Shown here piece by piece: positions 1-9,264 of a DNA stretch of 64,000 bases (the first letter of the stretch is position 1; each line of letters begins with the position of its first letter). The DNA is from Candidatus Woesearchaeota archaeon (GTDB taxonomy: Archaea > Nanobdellota > Nanobdellia > Woesearchaeales > UBA10216). Below the pieces are notes generated by a model, which had not been told where the DNA came from, made no database searches, and was given only the letters and a program-made list of their open reading frames with translations. The translations under genes were made by a program, and so were the position numbers. Location of the stretch: positions 10,279-74,278 of the forward strand of contig JAGVYT010000001.1 of the NCBI GenBank assembly GCA_018303115.1. Reading direction: 5' to 3'.

Positions 1-548
1 CAAAATACAAGGCAGAATGCGAAAAGGCACTGCAAAAAGAGGAAATGGAATGGGTTGTCATCAGACCGGCAACAGTATGCGGTTATGCGCGCAGGCTAAG
101 GCTTGACCTGGCAGTCAACATACTCACGGTCAACGCGCTCGTGAACAGAAAAATCAAAATCTTCGGGGGAAACCAGCTAAGGCCCAACATAAACATCAAG
201 GATATGGCAAGGTGCTATGAAGCCCTGCTAACAGCGCCCTCTGAAAAAATAAACCACCAAGTATTCAATGCAGGATACCAAAACCTCTCCATCAATAAAA
301 TTGCCAGAGCAGTCAAGAAGCTCTGCGGAGAAGACATTGAAATGGAAGTTGTCCCAACGGATGACAACAGGTCATACCACATCAACTCGGACAAAATTGC
401 AAGAATCCTCAGCTTCAAGCCGGAATTCACAGTAGAAGAGGCAATACAAAGCATCATAGACGCCTTCAAAAAGGGGCTGATTAAAGACGGCCTTAATAAT
501 CCAATATACCACAACATAAAAAGAATGAAAGAGCTTAATCTCAAGTAA
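1..548 (+). CDS. NAD-dependent epimerase/dehydratase family protein, C-terminal part (5' end outside window)
   Basis: ORF 45..548 reads like the C-terminal substrate-binding half of a GalE/RmlB-type SDR enzyme; reading frame is open to position 1. Confidence 0.6.
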   Translation, partial: KYKAECEKALQKEEMEWVVIRPATVCGYARRLRLDLAVNILTVNALVNRKIKIFGGNQLRPNINIKDMARCYEALLTAPSEKINHQVFNAGYQNLSINKIARAVKKLCGEDIEMEVVPTDDNRSYHINSDKIARILSFKPEFTVEEAIQSIIDAFKKGLIKDGLNNPIYHNIKRMKELNLK

Positions 549-2376
549 TCTCAAGAATCCTGTGGTCTTCATCTTCATACAAAACTCTCGCGTGCTCCCG
601 CATCAACCCCTCCATAAGGGACTCGCGGTGCTCAACATTTCCAAGCAAATCCCTTGCCAAATCTGTTTTTCCAAACAGGATGTGAGTGATGCCAAAACCC
701 TTCAATCCTGCATAAAGCTCACCTGCTGAAGAAAACTCATCAAAATCCAGCGTCTGCTGAAAATAGGTATCTGAAAGAAAATACTTACGCTCAAGATGAT
801 AGCTCCTTGTCTCCCGGAAGAAGAGAACATACGCCTCCTCAGAAAGGTTGTTGTTTGCAAACTGCAACGCCTTAAAAGGATTTGAATCCTCTCCGCCAGC
901 AAGGTAATTTTCCTTTGACACAACCCCAAACGCAGCAGGCATGCGCTTTGCAGCAATGCCAGCCCATACCGGAACAGAGAACAGCAGCACAAGAAGAACC
1001 AAGGCGGCAATGACAAGGCGATACCTTGACTTCTCAAGCACCCAAAACACAGAATAAGCAGCCGGCGGCATCAAGACTGCCATGACTGGAAGAAGATAGC
1101 GCAGCCCGGGATTTGTGAACTGCCACGCGAACATTGAAATAAAAAAGATGAGGACTGCATAGCCGGCAAACAGCCGCTTCCCGCCAGGAATGGCACGGGG
1201 GATGAAAAGGGGGAGAAAAACAAGGAAAAAAGGGGTAATGCCCAGAACGCTGTCAAACTTGACAGGGTTAAATGTTATTAGCACAGGAAGGACGGCAAAC
1301 TTTAAAATCCCCTTAACATTGAATGCGTTAAACCCGCTGTCCTCAGCAACTAGGCCTTCCATATGCCGGTTAAGCTCCACAGCCAGGGGGTCGCGAGTGA
1401 TTTTTGACAGGAACGGGTAAACAGGGTCGCCTGTGTTTGAGTAAACCCATGCGAACCATGGCGCTGCAACAAGCAGCATAACAGCACCTGCTGTTAAAGA
1501 ATACCTGGCGAACAGCTTGAAGTTGCTTCTATAACGCAGAATCAGCCACACAACAAAAGCCATAGCGAAAGCAACAGACGCAAATAAAGCGGTTATCTTG
1601 TAAAAAGCAAGCGAAGACGCAAAAACAGAAAACAACAACACCCACTTCATGCCCTGCCTTTCAGAAAAGGAAAGCAGGGAGTAAAAAGCCAGAATGGAAA
1701 AAAAGGCTATTGGAAGGTCTACGAGCGGCTGGGACGCCCACTCAATAAAAACAGGCATGCTGGCAAATGCCAAGCCGGCAAACCATGCCGCCTTTCTGGA
1801 GAAAAAGCGGTAAGTCGCTGCAGCAACAGCCAAAGCAGCCAACGAGCTAATAGTAGCTGCTAAAAGGCTCGGCACTTGCTCACCAACCCCAAATAATTCC
1901 GGCAGCACGTAGAGCATGCTAAAGCCATGGGGAATGCTGGCATGAATGTTATTCGGCATTTCAGAAACAGCGTGCTGCTGCGCGTAAAATTTTGCTATAG
2001 GAAGGTGGTAGTTAAGGGCGTCTATGCTGAACACAGGGGCAAGGGACATAACGAAATTGCCAATAAGAAGGAGCGCCAGGGCAAAAAACAGGAATGCGTT
2101 CAAATCCCACTTTACAGAAAGCCTTATTTTTCCCCAGCTTTTTATTTCACTTACAGAAAGAAGCAGGATAACAAAAGCCACTGCCACGAAAACCGGGCGG
2201 TAAAGCAGCCCGAGCAAGCCAAGATAAAAAATTCCCAGAGTTGCTAAAACAGTTCCCAGCCCGACAGAAAACAAAGCCTTCTCATACCATGCAAGCCCCA
2301 GCTTTGAAAGAACCCTTGAGCCAAGCAAATAAAAAATGGCTACCAAAGCAAGCCAAAAAAATATTTCAGCAATCAT
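541..2376 (-). CDS. integral membrane glycosyltransferase, GT-C fold (polyprenol-phosphate-sugar dependent, ArnT/PMT-like), family uncertain
   Basis: ~610 aa with >10 predicted TM helices followed by a soluble C-terminal domain. Start chosen at internal ATG (MIAEIFFWLAL...) because the upstream extension is Cys/Pro-rich and non-TM. Sits in a glycan cluster. Confidence 0.5.
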   Translation of the reverse strand: MIAEIFFWLALVAIFYLLGSRVLSKLGLAWYEKALFSVGLGTVLATLGIFYLGLLGLLYRPVFVAVAFVILLLSVSEIKSWGKIRLSVKWDLNAFLFFALALLLIGNFVMSLAPVFSIDALNYHLPIAKFYAQQHAVSEMPNNIHASIPHGFSMLYVLPELFGVGEQVPSLLAATISSLAALAVAAATYRFFSRKAAWFAGLAFASMPVFIEWASQPLVDLPIAFFSILAFYSLLSFSERQGMKWVLLFSVFASSLAFYKITALFASVAFAMAFVVWLILRYRSNFKLFARYSLTAGAVMLLVAAPWFAWVYSNTGDPVYPFLSKITRDPLAVELNRHMEGLVAEDSGFNAFNVKGILKFAVLPVLITFNPVKFDSVLGITPFFLVFLPLFIPRAIPGGKRLFAGYAVLIFFISMFAWQFTNPGLRYLLPVMAVLMPPAAYSVFWVLEKSRYRLVIAALVLLVLLFSVPVWAGIAAKRMPAAFGVVSKENYLAGGEDSNPFKALQFANNNLSEEAYVLFFRETRSYHLERKYFLSDTYFQQTLDFDEFSSAGELYAGLKGFGITHILFGKTDLARDLLGNVEHRESLMEGLMREHARVLYEDEDHRILEIT

Positions 2377-2476
2377 GCGTAAAACCCCAGAATTTGAATT
2401 GAGCGGATAACCAGGAAAGCAGCTATAGCTACGACAATCCACAGCAGCAATAACAAGTCAAGCCCTTTACCCATTT

Positions 2477-3139
2477 TCATTCAAAGTAAATAAACTCGTA
2501 ATCGCCCGTATAGCCAAGGCGCTCAAAAAGCCACACCCACTCCTCAGGCCTGAAAAAAGACTCTGCAGTCAGCGCCCAGCACTCAAGGTTAAACAGCTCA
2601 AGCTCATTCCTGTAAGATTCCATTGTAACATACTTATTCCTGCCAACCCTTTCAATCTCACTCAATGCAGTCTGCAATTCAGGGAGGGTAAGGTTATGCA
2701 GGGTGTTAAGGGATATAACCAAATCAAACTCCTTGTCCCCAAACCCGTAAGGCTCCTGCGCCCTGTGCACGAAAAGACTGCTTTTAACCTCCTCCTTGGC
2801 ATTTTTTATGGCATATTCCGAAATGTCAAACCCCTTAACTTCGCATTTTGGAAGCAGCTTCTTAAACTCATAAAGAAGAAACGCCTTTCCGCACCCAACA
2901 TCCAGTATTTTTGCGTTTTCCTGAAGGTTGTAAGCCTCAATAAGCTTTTTCGCGACAGTCTCCCACCTTCCGTCATACCTGTAGCCGCCATAGCCGTATC
3001 TCCTATCCCCGTCCCAGTATTCCCGGCCATACTTCCTGGATATTTTCATGCACTCAACTTTATCATCATTCATTCTTCCGATACAATCCCTTTTCGACCT
3101 TTTATGCAGCGGCGTTATAATAGCCAACAGTTTTCCCAT
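2477..3139 (-). CDS. class I SAM-dependent methyltransferase
   Basis: Motif I LDVGCGKAF, acidic residue at GFDIS, motif II FDLVIS. The ORF caller's start is a GTG; first ATG (MGKLL) used. Confidence 0.65.
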   Translation of the reverse strand: MGKLLAIITPLHKRSKRDCIGRMNDDKVECMKISRKYGREYWDGDRRYGYGGYRYDGRWETVAKKLIEAYNLQENAKILDVGCGKAFLLYEFKKLLPKCEVKGFDISEYAIKNAKEEVKSSLFVHRAQEPYGFGDKEFDLVISLNTLHNLTLPELQTALSEIERVGRNKYVTMESYRNELELFNLECWALTAESFFRPEEWVWLFERLGYTGDYEFIYFE

Positions 3140-3159
3140 ACTTAACACCTCACAACACC

Positions 3160-4080
3160 TCACGGCTTTTTCATAAGCTTTCTTATTTCTGCCAACAGGC
3201 TTCCAGCACTAACCGAATATTTTTCCATCAGACTCGCCTGAGAGCCATAACCATCCGGAAAAATGTCAGGGATGCCGATAATTCTGAACAGCTTGCCAAG
3301 ATTGGCTTCTGCTATGACTTCGGCTACAGCGCTTCCGAGCCCCCCGATAATGCTGTGCTCCTCAATGGTGATTATGCCCGACACTTTCCCGGCATACTTG
3401 AGAATGCTCTCCCTGTCTAAAGGTTTTATAGTGGGAACATGGAGTATCGAAACGTCAATCCCCTCATTTTTAATGGAATCTGCAGCTTCCTTAGCAAGCC
3501 CAAGCGTGATGCCAGTTGTTACAACCAGCACATCCTTTCCCTCCCTCATTGGAATGGCTCTGCCAATCTCAAAAGAATCATTGGAAGTGACTATGGGGTC
3601 AAAGCCCTTGGCAAGCCTTATGTAAATAGGGCCTGGGTAATCAACAGTTAGCGGCATCACCCTGCGCATTTCATCAGCATCAGCAGGGGCTATCACAGTC
3701 ATGTTCGGTATTGCACGCATAATAGCAATATCATCAATCGCCTCATGGGTTGGGCCAAGGGGGGCATACACAAGTCCACCGCCATTGCCAATAAGGCGGA
3801 CAGGCAGGTTATGCAGGCACAAGTCCAGAACAATCTGCTCAAAACAGCGCCTTGTTATAAAAGTTGCAATTGTGTTAACATAAACTATCTTGCCCTCAAG
3901 GGCAAGCCCTGCAGCCATCCCGATAATATTCTGCTCTGACACGCCCTCCATGAAAAAGCGATCAGGCATCTCCTTCTTGAACCTGTCAAGCGTGCCTGCG
4001 CCAAGGTCAGAGCCTATAAAGAATATTCTCCTGTCTTTTTTTGCCAGTTCGTAAACCATTTCCAAGCTTGTCTTGCGCAT
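3160..4080 (-). CDS. transketolase, C-terminal subunit (pyrimidine-binding and C-terminal domains)
   Basis: FFMEGVSEQN..GMAAGLALEGK, GPTHEAIDDIA and the MRAIPNMTVIAPAD block are typical of split transketolase subunit B. 1-nt overlap with upstream subunit. Confidence 0.85.
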   Translation of the reverse strand: MRKTSLEMVYELAKKDRRIFFIGSDLGAGTLDRFKKEMPDRFFMEGVSEQNIIGMAAGLALEGKIVYVNTIATFITRRCFEQIVLDLCLHNLPVRLIGNGGGLVYAPLGPTHEAIDDIAIMRAIPNMTVIAPADADEMRRVMPLTVDYPGPIYIRLAKGFDPIVTSNDSFEIGRAIPMREGKDVLVVTTGITLGLAKEAADSIKNEGIDVSILHVPTIKPLDRESILKYAGKVSGIITIEEHSIIGGLGSAVAEVIAEANLGKLFRIIGIPDIFPDGYGSQASLMEKYSVSAGSLLAEIRKLMKKP

Positions 4081-4892
4081 CAGTATTCCTCCAGCCCCCT
4101 GTAAAGTTCCTTAATTTCACCGTCGTTCAACCCGCTCTTGTGATGCCATTCCATGTTGCCCTCTGCAAACTTAATGCCCTTGCCCTTCATAGTATGACAA
4201 ATGACAACGCTGGGCTTACCCGCATCTACAGGCAGGTTTGAGAACGCAGACTTAAGCTCATCCAAATCATGACCATCCACTTCCCTGACGCCAAACCCAA
4301 AACTCCTCCACTTATCAGCCAAAGGCTCCAGGTCCTGAATGCCAACTGTCGGGCCATAAGACTGATACTTGTTATAATCCATAACAACAACGAGATTGTC
4401 AAGCTTATGCTTCCCGGCAGACAAGGCAGCCTCCCACACGCTGCCCTCATCTGCCTCACCATCTCCAATGACGACAAAAGTGCGGTAACCTGCTTTTTCA
4501 TAGCGCGCATTAAGGGCCATGCCTATCCCCACAGGAAAGCCGTGTCCCAAACTGCCTGTTGAAAACTCAACGCCGGGTATTTTAGGCTCAGGATGACCCC
4601 CAAGAATGCCATCAATCTTACAGAATTTCCATAACTCTGATTCAGGGAAAAACCCTTTCTCTGCAAGAACTGCGTAAAGCGCAAGACAGCCATGACCTTT
4701 GCTGAGGATGAACCTGTCCCGCCCCTCCCATCCGGGGTTTTCGGCTTTGTAACGCAGAACATCATCATACAAAACCCTGATAATTTCCACCAGGGAAAAG
4801 GCAGAGCCCAGGTGCCCGCGCCTGCTGCACTCCAAAATCCTGATTATTGTCCTTCGCAGTTCCTTTGATTTAGCGTCAAGAGGCATCGTCAC
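4080..4892 (-). CDS. transketolase, N-terminal subunit (TPP-binding)
   Basis: GHLGSAFS, SKGHGCLALYA, GSLGHGFPVGIGMA and GDGEADEGSVWEA thiamine-diphosphate motifs. Confidence 0.85.
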   Translation of the reverse strand: MTMPLDAKSKELRRTIIRILECSRRGHLGSAFSLVEIIRVLYDDVLRYKAENPGWEGRDRFILSKGHGCLALYAVLAEKGFFPESELWKFCKIDGILGGHPEPKIPGVEFSTGSLGHGFPVGIGMALNARYEKAGYRTFVVIGDGEADEGSVWEAALSAGKHKLDNLVVVMDYNKYQSYGPTVGIQDLEPLADKWRSFGFGVREVDGHDLDELKSAFSNLPVDAGKPSVVICHTMKGKGIKFAEGNMEWHHKSGLNDGEIKELYRGLEEY

Positions 4893-5950
4893 AACCCATA
4901 AGGAAAGTTCTTATAAACCAGAGAAACTTCGTCAAGAAGCACCCTTGCCTTAACAAGCTGCTCAGCCTGCACCTCCTCTGCCACCAGCGGTTCTCCATAA
5001 GCGAACTGCCTCCTGAGAAAATGCTCGGCAAGGAACTCGTTCAGGATGATAAGGCACCACTTGAGGCCGAAGAGAGGAAAAACAATCCTCAACCTTGCTT
5101 CAAGGGAGCTGTCTTCAGGAAAGCACGAAAGGACATTCCTGACAAAATGTTCCTTAAGCCCGGAACTAAGATTCATCTCCGGGTGAAGCAGAAAATCAGA
5201 AATTGTTTTTGCAGGGTCATCCCAGCCAAAATGCTCAAAATCAAGGAAAACGATAGAGCCGTCGCCTTTCCTCAATGCGTTATGGAATCCGAAGTCAGAC
5301 GGGCTTAGAACCATCCTTCTTTTCTTTATGAAAGAGCCGTATTCCAATTCGCTCCCAAAAAACTCCAGCTCTGACCTGCACCACCTGACAACTGAATTAA
5401 ACAAAGGCAGAAACTCCTCCTCAAGAAACCCGCTCAGGCCGACATCCTCTGAAATCTCAGCCAGCCGGTTATACCTTTTTTCCAAGTTTCCAACTACATC
5501 GCCAACCGAAAAAAAGGCCTCAGAAGCCGGAGAAATGCCGACAGCCTTCTGCCTCAGAGCATTAATCCTCTTAAGAAAATCAGAGGCATAGTCTATATCC
5601 CTCTCTGTTATACCCTGAGAACCAACCTTTGCCCCGTCAATATACTCGTAAATTGCAAAGCGTTGCTCATTATGAATGAAAATAGGCTCAGGGACGTTCC
5701 TTATCCCGTTATTCCAAAGAAAGCGCAAGGCGGAAAACTCCACGCCCATCCTGTCCCTGAAATCAAGCTCATTGGAAAAATAGAATTTACACGCGTATTT
5801 TTTAGAATCATTACACCTAACAAGATAAATCCTGCTGTTACGGCCCTTGGCGATTCTCTCAAAAGAACGCACGCCACTCCCCACTATAGGAAGTATAAGT
5901 GAAATCCTCTTCTGGAAGAACTTATCTTCCTGACCTGAATAAGTGCCCAT
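4889..5950 (-). CDS. aminoglycoside-phosphotransferase-fold kinase (APH/choline-kinase family), probable sugar kinase
   Basis: Catalytic-loop-like SDFGFHN and FLDFEHFGWDDP motifs of the APH/ChoK/AmgK fold. 4-nt overlap with transketolase gene. Confidence 0.6.
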   Translation of the reverse strand: MGTYSGQEDKFFQKRISLILPIVGSGVRSFERIAKGRNSRIYLVRCNDSKKYACKFYFSNELDFRDRMGVEFSALRFLWNNGIRNVPEPIFIHNEQRFAIYEYIDGAKVGSQGITERDIDYASDFLKRINALRQKAVGISPASEAFFSVGDVVGNLEKRYNRLAEISEDVGLSGFLEEEFLPLFNSVVRWCRSELEFFGSELEYGSFIKKRRMVLSPSDFGFHNALRKGDGSIVFLDFEHFGWDDPAKTISDFLLHPEMNLSSGLKEHFVRNVLSCFPEDSSLEARLRIVFPLFGLKWCLIILNEFLAEHFLRRQFAYGEPLVAEEVQAEQLVKARVLLDEVSLVYKNFPYGL

Positions 5951-6545
5951 TTATGCCATCCCAGCTCCTGAAAACCTTAACGCCGTCCAAATGCCCCTGC
6001 CCTCCATAAGGGTCATACAAAATCTTCTCGACCCATTCAGGGAACAGCCTGTCACAAAACGTTTCCTCAAGGTCGTCTATGAAATGCGTGCAGCCAAGCT
6101 GCCTGATTCGCTGCAGCTTCCCTTCCCTTGTAGACTCAAAGTGAACATCCGCTCTTGAAACAGCCAACCCCCCCTCTTTAAAAAAGTTGTTTCTTTCCAT
6201 CCAATCAAGCGCAGCTTTCCTGAAGTTGGAACCGCCCCCGAAGTAATTCGAGAACTCAGTCTTATGGCTGATTATAAAAACCTTAACCCTATTATCCTTA
6301 CACAGCCTGAAAAACCGCTCAACACCGTCTATAAGCTCAGCTTCCCCCATCCTCTGCCCGTAAATAACAGCCTGCACCTCCTGCCATTTTTCATCCCCGT
6401 GAACCTGCCTGACGGCATCGCGGATATGCCTTTTGACCTTCTTAATGCCCTCGCTGACTAAACCCATCTCCAGGGCAACCTTGTGTATCAGGGCATCATA
6501 GCTCACAATAGTGTTGTCCAAGTCCACTCCAATAACATAATCCAT
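5922..6545 (-). CDS. HAD-superfamily phosphatase
   Basis: N-terminal DxD motif (MDYVIGVDLDNTIV) and later FIISHKT / FIDD motifs. Start set at first ATG (ORF caller start is TTG). Confidence 0.6.
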   Translation of the reverse strand: MDYVIGVDLDNTIVSYDALIHKVALEMGLVSEGIKKVKRHIRDAVRQVHGDEKWQEVQAVIYGQRMGEAELIDGVERFFRLCKDNRVKVFIISHKTEFSNYFGGGSNFRKAALDWMERNNFFKEGGLAVSRADVHFESTREGKLQRIRQLGCTHFIDDLEETFCDRLFPEWVEKILYDPYGGQGHLDGVKVFRSWDGINGHLFRSGR

Positions 6546-6643
6546 TGTGTTTTGGTTGAAAAGCAAATCTATATAAATATTCTGACATTCCTCTGCAAAG
6601 GGGTTTAAGCAAAAGCCGCGAATATAAAACAGGCTATAACAAA

Positions 6644-7525
6644 ATGCCTAACGAAATAGACAGGATTGTAATCTTCGGGCACACCGGATTCATAGGCAGG
6701 CATCTTGAGAGGTTCCTGAAAGAAAAACACCCTGAACTGGAAATAATAGGGGCTTCGCTTCCATCAGTTGACCTTACCAAGGACAGTGCTCCCGTAAAAG
6801 GGCTTTTTGGAATGAAAACAGCAGTCATCATGCTGTCTGCGCTTAAGAGGGAACACGGCGACAACCTGGACAATTTCTTAAAGAATGTAAAAATGGCTGT
6901 GAATGTCTGCAAGCAAATTGAAAACAATCCTGTCAAGCGATTCATTTACTTCAGCTCAGCAGCAGTTTACGGGGAGGACGTCCAAAATTTAAGCATCAAC
7001 GAGGACAGCCCGGTAACCCCGACAACATATTACGGGATAGCGAAACACAGCTGTGAAAGACTGCTTAGAAAAGCCACAGGCTCCGGAAAAGGAAGCGCTC
7101 TCACTATTTTGAGGCCGCCGATAATATACGGGCCAGGAGACAACTCAGGCTACAGCCCTTCCGGGTTTGCAAAAACAGCGATGAGAGGCGAAACCATAAA
7201 ATTGTGGGGGGACGGCACTGAAAAAAGGGAGTTTATATTCGTGGAGGATGTTGCGAGGGCAGTAGAGAAGCTTGTCTTAAACAACCACGATTGCACGTTG
7301 AACCTGGCAAGCGGCAAAAGCTACACTTTCGCTGAAATAATAGACGAGCTGTCAAAACTGACTAATTCAGAAATAAAAGTCGAATCAAGGAAGAGAACGA
7401 AAGAAAAGGCTGACCACGGATTTGAAAACACTGCGCTGCTGAAGGTGTTCCCGGAATTTTCGTTCACGCCGTTAAGCGAAGGCCTTAAGAAAACAATTGA
7501 CGCGATAAAAGGGGGAACAGAATGA
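6644..7525 (+). CDS. NAD(P)-dependent sugar epimerase/reductase (SDR family, RmlD/GDP-fucose-synthase-like)
   Basis: N-terminal GHTGFIGRHL Rossmann motif, YGIAKHSCE (YxxxK) active site. TATA-like GAATATAAAA ~22 nt upstream. Confidence 0.65.
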   Translation: MPNEIDRIVIFGHTGFIGRHLERFLKEKHPELEIIGASLPSVDLTKDSAPVKGLFGMKTAVIMLSALKREHGDNLDNFLKNVKMAVNVCKQIENNPVKRFIYFSSAAVYGEDVQNLSINEDSPVTPTTYYGIAKHSCERLLRKATGSGKGSALTILRPPIIYGPGDNSGYSPSGFAKTAMRGETIKLWGDGTEKREFIFVEDVARAVEKLVLNNHDCTLNLASGKSYTFAEIIDELSKLTNSEIKVESRKRTKEKADHGFENTALLKVFPEFSFTPLSEGLKKTIDAIKGGTE

Positions 7526-9264
7526 GGCGCCGCACCTGCCGAAGCTGCCGAAGCGATGAAGTAAGAACCATGCTGGATTTCGGGATGCAGCCCCTTTCCA
7601 ACAGGTTCCTGAAATCCCCTGAAAAAAATGAGCCAAGGCACAGGCTTGCAATCGGGTTCTGCCATGCCTGCGGCGTTTTACAGCTAACTGATACGTTCCC
7701 GGCGAATGAGCTTATACCCCCTCACAAGTGGCTTTCCTACACAGAGCCTGAAAAGCACCTTGACAAACTTGCTGATGCGCTATCAAAACTGCCGGGAATT
7801 GAAAAGGATGCTCCAATATTCGCCATAAGCTACAAAGACGACTCCCTGCTGAGGAGAATGGAGAAACTTGGATTCAAGAACGTGGCCAGGCTTAACCCAA
7901 GAGAAGACTTGGGCGCTGAAGGCGATTACGAAGGGGTTGAGCTTATCCAAAACCTGTTTAGCGCAGAGAAGGCAAGGGGGATTGCAGAAAAAAAGGGGAA
8001 ATTCGGCATAGTCATAGCAAGGCACATCCTGGAACACTCTTACGACACACTAGATTTCATGAATGGGATAAAGGAACTGCTAAAGCCGGGAGGGCACGCT
8101 GTTTTTGAAGTGCCTGACTGCACCCTTTCCATGGAAAAACTTGATTACTCAATGGTCTGGGAAGAGCACCCGTTATACTTAACCCCTGAAACCTTCAGGA
8201 ACTGCCTAGCCATGAGCGGGTTTTCAACCGACAGGCTGGAAACATACCACTACCCGCTGGAGAATTCCCTTGTTGCAATAACAAAAGCAGGCAATACGGC
8301 GTTTTCGCCAGACAAAGAAGCCATCCAAAAAGAAGAGAAAAGGGCAAAAGCGTTTGCGCAGGAATTTGAAAAAAGAAAGGCAATGCTCAAATCGTTCTTT
8401 TCCGGTTACAACGGAAAGATAGCGGTTTTCGGCGCAGGCCACAGCGCAAGCGCCATCATCAACCTTTTCGGGCTGGAAAACATTGCATGCGTTGCAGACG
8501 ACAATGAAAAAAAGCATGGGCTTCTGATGCCAGGCTCACACCTGCCGATAGTCAGTTCAGACGTCCTTGAAAAGGACATCGACCTTTGCGTGCTTAGCGT
8601 CAACCCGGAAGCTGAAGAAAAGATAATAGCCAAGAAAAACCGGTTCAGGGGAAGCTTTCTGTCATTCTCGCCGGCAAGCAGGCGCTCAATATATGCAAAC
8701 CTCGCACACCTTGGAAACCCCGCCAAGTTCAGGGAGGTCAGCAAGGAAGTATACTACACAACAGAAAGCAGTGCCAAGCTCTACAAGGAGGACATAAGCC
8801 TCTTCAAGGAAAAATCAAGGAATAACGAGAGGGGGAAAAGCAGAATATGCACCCACGAAAGCACTGAAAACAAGCTCCATGAGATGTTCATCGTATTCAG
8901 GAAAGGCGCTTACGTAAGGCCGCACAAGCACCTTGACAAGCTGGAGTCGTTCCACGTTGTTGAAGGCAGCGCTTACGTTGTAACCTTTGATGAGCAAGGC
9001 GGAATAACAAACCTGTTTGAAATAGGCGAGTACCAGTCAGGGAAGAATTTTTACTGCAGGATGGCAGGGCCAGCTTACCACACCCTCATAATAAAATCAG
9101 ACTACCTGGCATTCCACGAAGCCACAACAGGGCCTTTCAGGAAATCTGATACTGTCCATCCGGCATGGTCTCCGGAAGAAGGCGACAAAGAAGGCATCAA
9201 AAAATTCATGGATAAGTTAGAGGCTTCGGTTAAGAGGCTTTTAGAGGACAGGAAAAATGGGTAA
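7522..9264 (+). CDS. sugar C-methyltransferase (TylCIII/NovU-like) fused to a C-terminal cupin domain
   Basis: N-terminal Zn-ribbon CRSCRS...CHACG, class I MTase core, a C-methyltransferase C-terminal domain. Last ~150 aa form a cupin-like module (PHKH...FHVVEGSAYVV...YHTLII), WbuC/RmlC/FdtA-like. ATGA overlap with upstream gene. Confidence 0.6.
   Translation: MRRRTCRSCRSDEVRTMLDFGMQPLSNRFLKSPEKNEPRHRLAIGFCHACGVLQLTDTFPANELIPPHKWLSYTEPEKHLDKLADALSKLPGIEKDAPIFAISYKDDSLLRRMEKLGFKNVARLNPREDLGAEGDYEGVELIQNLFSAEKARGIAEKKGKFGIVIARHILEHSYDTLDFMNGIKELLKPGGHAVFEVPDCTLSMEKLDYSMVWEEHPLYLTPETFRNCLAMSGFSTDRLETYHYPLENSLVAITKAGNTAFSPDKEAIQKEEKRAKAFAQEFEKRKAMLKSFFSGYNGKIAVFGAGHSASAIINLFGLENIACVADDNEKKHGLLMPGSHLPIVSSDVLEKDIDLCVLSVNPEAEEKIIAKKNRFRGSFLSFSPASRRSIYANLAHLGNPAKFREVSKEVYYTTESSAKLYKEDISLFKEKSRNNERGKSRICTHESTENKLHEMFIVFRKGAYVRPHKHLDKLESFHVVEGSAYVVTFDEQGGITNLFEIGEYQSGKNFYCRMAGPAYHTLIIKSDYLAFHEATTGPFRKSDTVHPAWSPEEGDKEGIKKFMDKLEASVKRLLEDRKNG

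Noticed and set aside
702-2247. Several 60-110-aa ORFs on both strands inside the 541-2376 membrane protein gene (e.g. 702-1037, 1190-1420, 1927-2247)
   Set aside because: They are embedded in or antisense to a long, coherent multi-TM coding frame and have low-complexity translations.
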